A stretch of DNA of 64,000 bases from Octopus vulgaris (lineage: Eukaryota), in the NCBI GenBank assembly GCA_951406725.2, contig OX597814.1:85312001-85376000 (forward strand), read 5' to 3'. Made by a program: the position numbers and the translations under genes. Position 1 is the first letter of the stretch. Every line of letters begins with the position of its first letter. This document shows positions 60,601-64,000 of the stretch, one piece after another. The notes under the pieces were generated by a model that saw only the letters and a program-made list of their open reading frames with translations, ran no database searches and had not been told where the DNA came from.

Positions 60601-62739
60601 AAGCATGTGGATGTGAAGCAAACTTTGTGACCACAATACAACCACCTGTCGCTTTCCTAAACCTGTGCCTACATCATGCCTAGGCCTGTCTATATATTTG
60701 CTAATATGTAAACATGTAAGCAGTTTAACTATTAGCTCGTCGTTCTTTCATATAAGGGAGAAAATCATATCAAAATTATTTTGTTCCTTTTTTTCTCATT
60801 TTTCTTTCTTTTTCTCTCAAAAGTGGTCAGAATTTTCATTCACACAACAATTGTAACATAGTGTATTTATTCACAGGTCCAGAAAGAGCATGAGAAGACA
60901 AGACTTCACTTGCCTCTTTGGAATATAGGTACTACACACATAAAGCGTGATTGACACTACAAATGCAAGGACTGCGCTGAAAAATTTCTATAATACACTG
61001 AAATAAGCAAGTTGGCTATCCAGACAGAACTGTAGAAAGAATGAAAATTAAATGTGTGATAGATCTTAACATGAAGTTCTTCCATTAGGCAGAAGCAAGT
61101 TGAAATTAGGTTTAAAATAGCTTTAGCCAATTCTATGAATCAAGTCAACGAAGTCAACTTTGTAAAAAGCAGTAGACAATTGAAATATCTACGAGGAGAA
61201 AGAAAGATAAGAAAAGGAGTAAAAAACGGGAATAAATGAATAAATATGTAGATAAAATAATACAAAAAAAAAAACCTTATGTAGACAAGCATCTCCCACC
61301 ATACAGAAAAGAAAAAAATATAAACACACACCATTATGGAGTGTAAATAGGAGGAAAGCAGAAATAGAAGAATGAGTAAAAACAAAAAGAAAGTTGTGTT
61401 GAATTAACCAGCTGGGTTTTTACTTGCGGCTGATATGACATAGCAGTGGATCTTCTCACATAGGTCCACAGAAGAGATTAGCAAAAATGGAACACCATCT
61501 ATGAGAAAGACAAGCCAAATAGTTGAAAACAAGAAAAAAGAAAAGGTAAAAAAAAAAGAAAGAAAAGAAAAATTGTCTCTGATAGGTGTGAAAATTTTGG
61601 GATGAGAGGAAAATATCTGTGGAGTGTTGGTTTTTGACGAAAGAGGAGAGAATTAAAACAGTTGTAGCATGTAATTTTCACAGTTGCTGCTTGGAAATCT
61701 TTCAGCCATCTTTCCCAGAAAGAGTTGATTAAAGGAGCTTGCTGTTCGTTATTTAGCATTTAGCACAGACAAAATAATAGATGTACATGTAGCCATGATC
61801 TCATTGACCTTGGTAAGCAAGAAAAACAAAGACTTGCATAATATTTCCTTTTTAGGTAGAGAGGAAAAGAGTGAGAAAGAGAGATGTGATAAGAACATGA
61901 TGAGGCTAAGACGATTTTTAAAAGGTGATATTTATCAATGATAAATAATGTTATGTAATAAGGTGATTATATTATATTTTATTGGTTAAAGTGGATTTAA
62001 TCTAAATTCAAAGGGGTTCAAATGAAAGACCACCATTGAAATAGTGAATGTATTGGTGGATAAGTAAAGGTAATGGTGATAGTGGTAGTAAGAATTGTGA
62101 TAATAGTAGTAGTACAAGCAACAGTAAAAGATGTGTTAATGACAGCAAAATTGGTTGTGATATTAATGGTAATTATGCTAATAGTACCTCATTAAAGTTA
62201 TTGTCTTCAATCAGATATACAAGAACTGATTCCATGGTAAGAAGAGATTAGTTGAATGCTATAAGAAGTCACCAGACACTCCAGTAAAGTTAATGTCCAA
62301 GCAAAGACCTTCCTATTTTTATTGTGGTCACACTCCCTTGAGATTGCAGGTAGAACCCTTCTGCAGGTGAAGATTAATTCAATCCTTGCTGCCTAATTCA
62401 GACAAGCATACAAGCTAAGGGGTAAAATGCATGTGATCCTGAGATCCCTGCTGATGATACAGAAGGATTTCTGACATTGAATAGATTCAGAAGAGATTGC
62501 AATATCTCTGAGTAGCTCCTGCAGTTTCTGCATGGAGCAAAACATCTTTGATATTTATTTCACCTATTTTAAAGAAAGACAATTTTTTAAGGGAGACCTG
62601 TATAATCACTTGAGCAGGTCAAGTGATTATACAGAAACTTCTTCTCTGGCTCATAGCAACTATTCAAAGTGGTTAACCTTATCAAAATTGTAAGATGTTT
62701 TTCTTTCCCCCACTTGCATGGGTAGGTTGGACAATTACA

Positions 62740-62908
62740 GGTAAGTTCACTGCCAGCAATTCACCGCAAGGAAAGTTCACCATGAGGAAAGTTTACCAAA
62801 AAAGTATATCCATAGTATCTCACCATTAATAGTTAAAAACTAATTTATTGAAAAAAAAATGGTGAATTGATGATGATGAACTTTCCCTGTGATGACAGTA
62901 AACTTACC
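62740..62908. mobile_element. MITE-like element with subterminal repeats
   Basis: Ends ggtaagttcactg / cagtaaacttacc, with internal (aa)ttcacc and ggtgaa repeats. Confidence 0.45.
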
Positions 62909-62949
62909 AGACATGGGGTACTTACCAGACAGGTTTGTTGTACAGCACA

Positions 62950-63129
62950 TGAGGGTGCTGAAAAGTTCCTGGCTCTAAGAGTATCACAAAAGGCCTGGTT
63001 GGAGGTTCAACTTTCCAAGTTTTTTCATAGGGATCAGAAAAACTGAAGGACCACTGCAATAAGTGTTAATAACTGATCTTCCTGCATTTTTCACTTACCC
63101 AAAGCCAGGAACTTTTCAGCACCCTCTTG
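62950..63129. mobile_element. mariner-derived MITE, second copy
   Basis: Homologous to 24212-24410 with the same TIRs. Confidence 0.8.
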
Positions 63130-64000
63130 TATAGTGTTATTCATTAAATTCATTAATATTTCCTCATCTCATACATGAAGATTAATGTCTTGAGATTTAT
63201 CTGACCAATTATTCCTGTATCGTTTCCTTCATTAAATATCTGCCATTGAGAGCACTTTTCACACAACATTTATCACTTACATACATATCCACACCAGAGC
63301 AGTCATTCCTGATACATTAACTGATATATTTAATACCAAACTGTTCTTGCAGCATCACAATGCTCTACCTCTCCTGGTATTGTTAACTCAGATTTAACAT
63401 AAATTGGGGATTGGTTTTATGCCTGGATGTCTTTGCCCCAATTCTAACCACTCTGCTGTGAAAATGAGACAATAGTCCTTCAGCTTAATCATTTCCCCAC
63501 CAACAACACTACATTATGTACAAACTATATTCAAACGCTACACTTGGAAATAACATTTCTCAGTAAATATTATAACCTGGCACTCTCAGTTATGTCGACG
63601 TACTTTCCAGTTGATCGAAACAATGGAATAGCCTGTTTGTGAAATTAACGTGCAAGTGGCTGAGCACTACACAGACATGCATACTCTTAATGTAGTTCTC
63701 AGGGAGATTTGGTGTTATATATATATACATACTCATACATATATATACACACACATACATATATATACACACATACATATATACTTTACATATAATTTTT
63801 TTACTACAAGTGGCCTAGTGTGTAGAAAAATTAGTCAATATACTATATATTATTCATATAAATACAGAGTTCATTTAAACACATAAGAGGTAACCATCAT
63901 AGAAAACCTAGCACGCTAGAAAGAATAGCTAAAATCCAAACCACTATTAGGGATAAATTTCGATTGGAATGAAAAAAAAAATATTTACCATCTATCTCCT

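Overview
AT-rich, microsatellite- and transposon-dense animal genomic DNA. The SINE/RTE repertoire and (TA)n/(AAT)n/(ATG)n load point to an octopus or other coleoid cephalopod (inference). Two spliced genes converge tail-to-tail. On +, the last two coding exons of SPPL3 (signal peptide peptidase-like 3) lie at 731-840 and 1295-1360, with a probable ~4 kb 3'UTR. On -, six phase-consistent exons of mitochondrial GTPase Era (ERAL1) run from 50361 to the stop at 23877; I did not find its 5' exons in the window. The rest is decayed mobile DNA: mariner, Tc1, hAT, pogo and piggyBac-type elements and MITEs, RTE LINE tails, (TAA)n-embedded R4/Dong-type retrotransposon pieces and three tRNA-type SINE families. 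Signals most worth following up: (1) an 8-unit tandem array of hairpin plus compact H-type pseudoknot modules in an RTE 3'UTR; (2) two minimal Penelope-type hammerhead ribozyme motifs in ERAL1 introns; (3) a near-perfect 324-bp palindrome that appears folded back at a hammerhead stem II; (4) a 7-copy head-to-tail SINE stack in (AAT)n; (5) several intronic inverted duplications; (6) a tandem CTCF-like site. Everything was read by eye with no database searches. Exon coordinates were checked base by base, repeat boundaries are approximate, and family names rest on recalled motifs.
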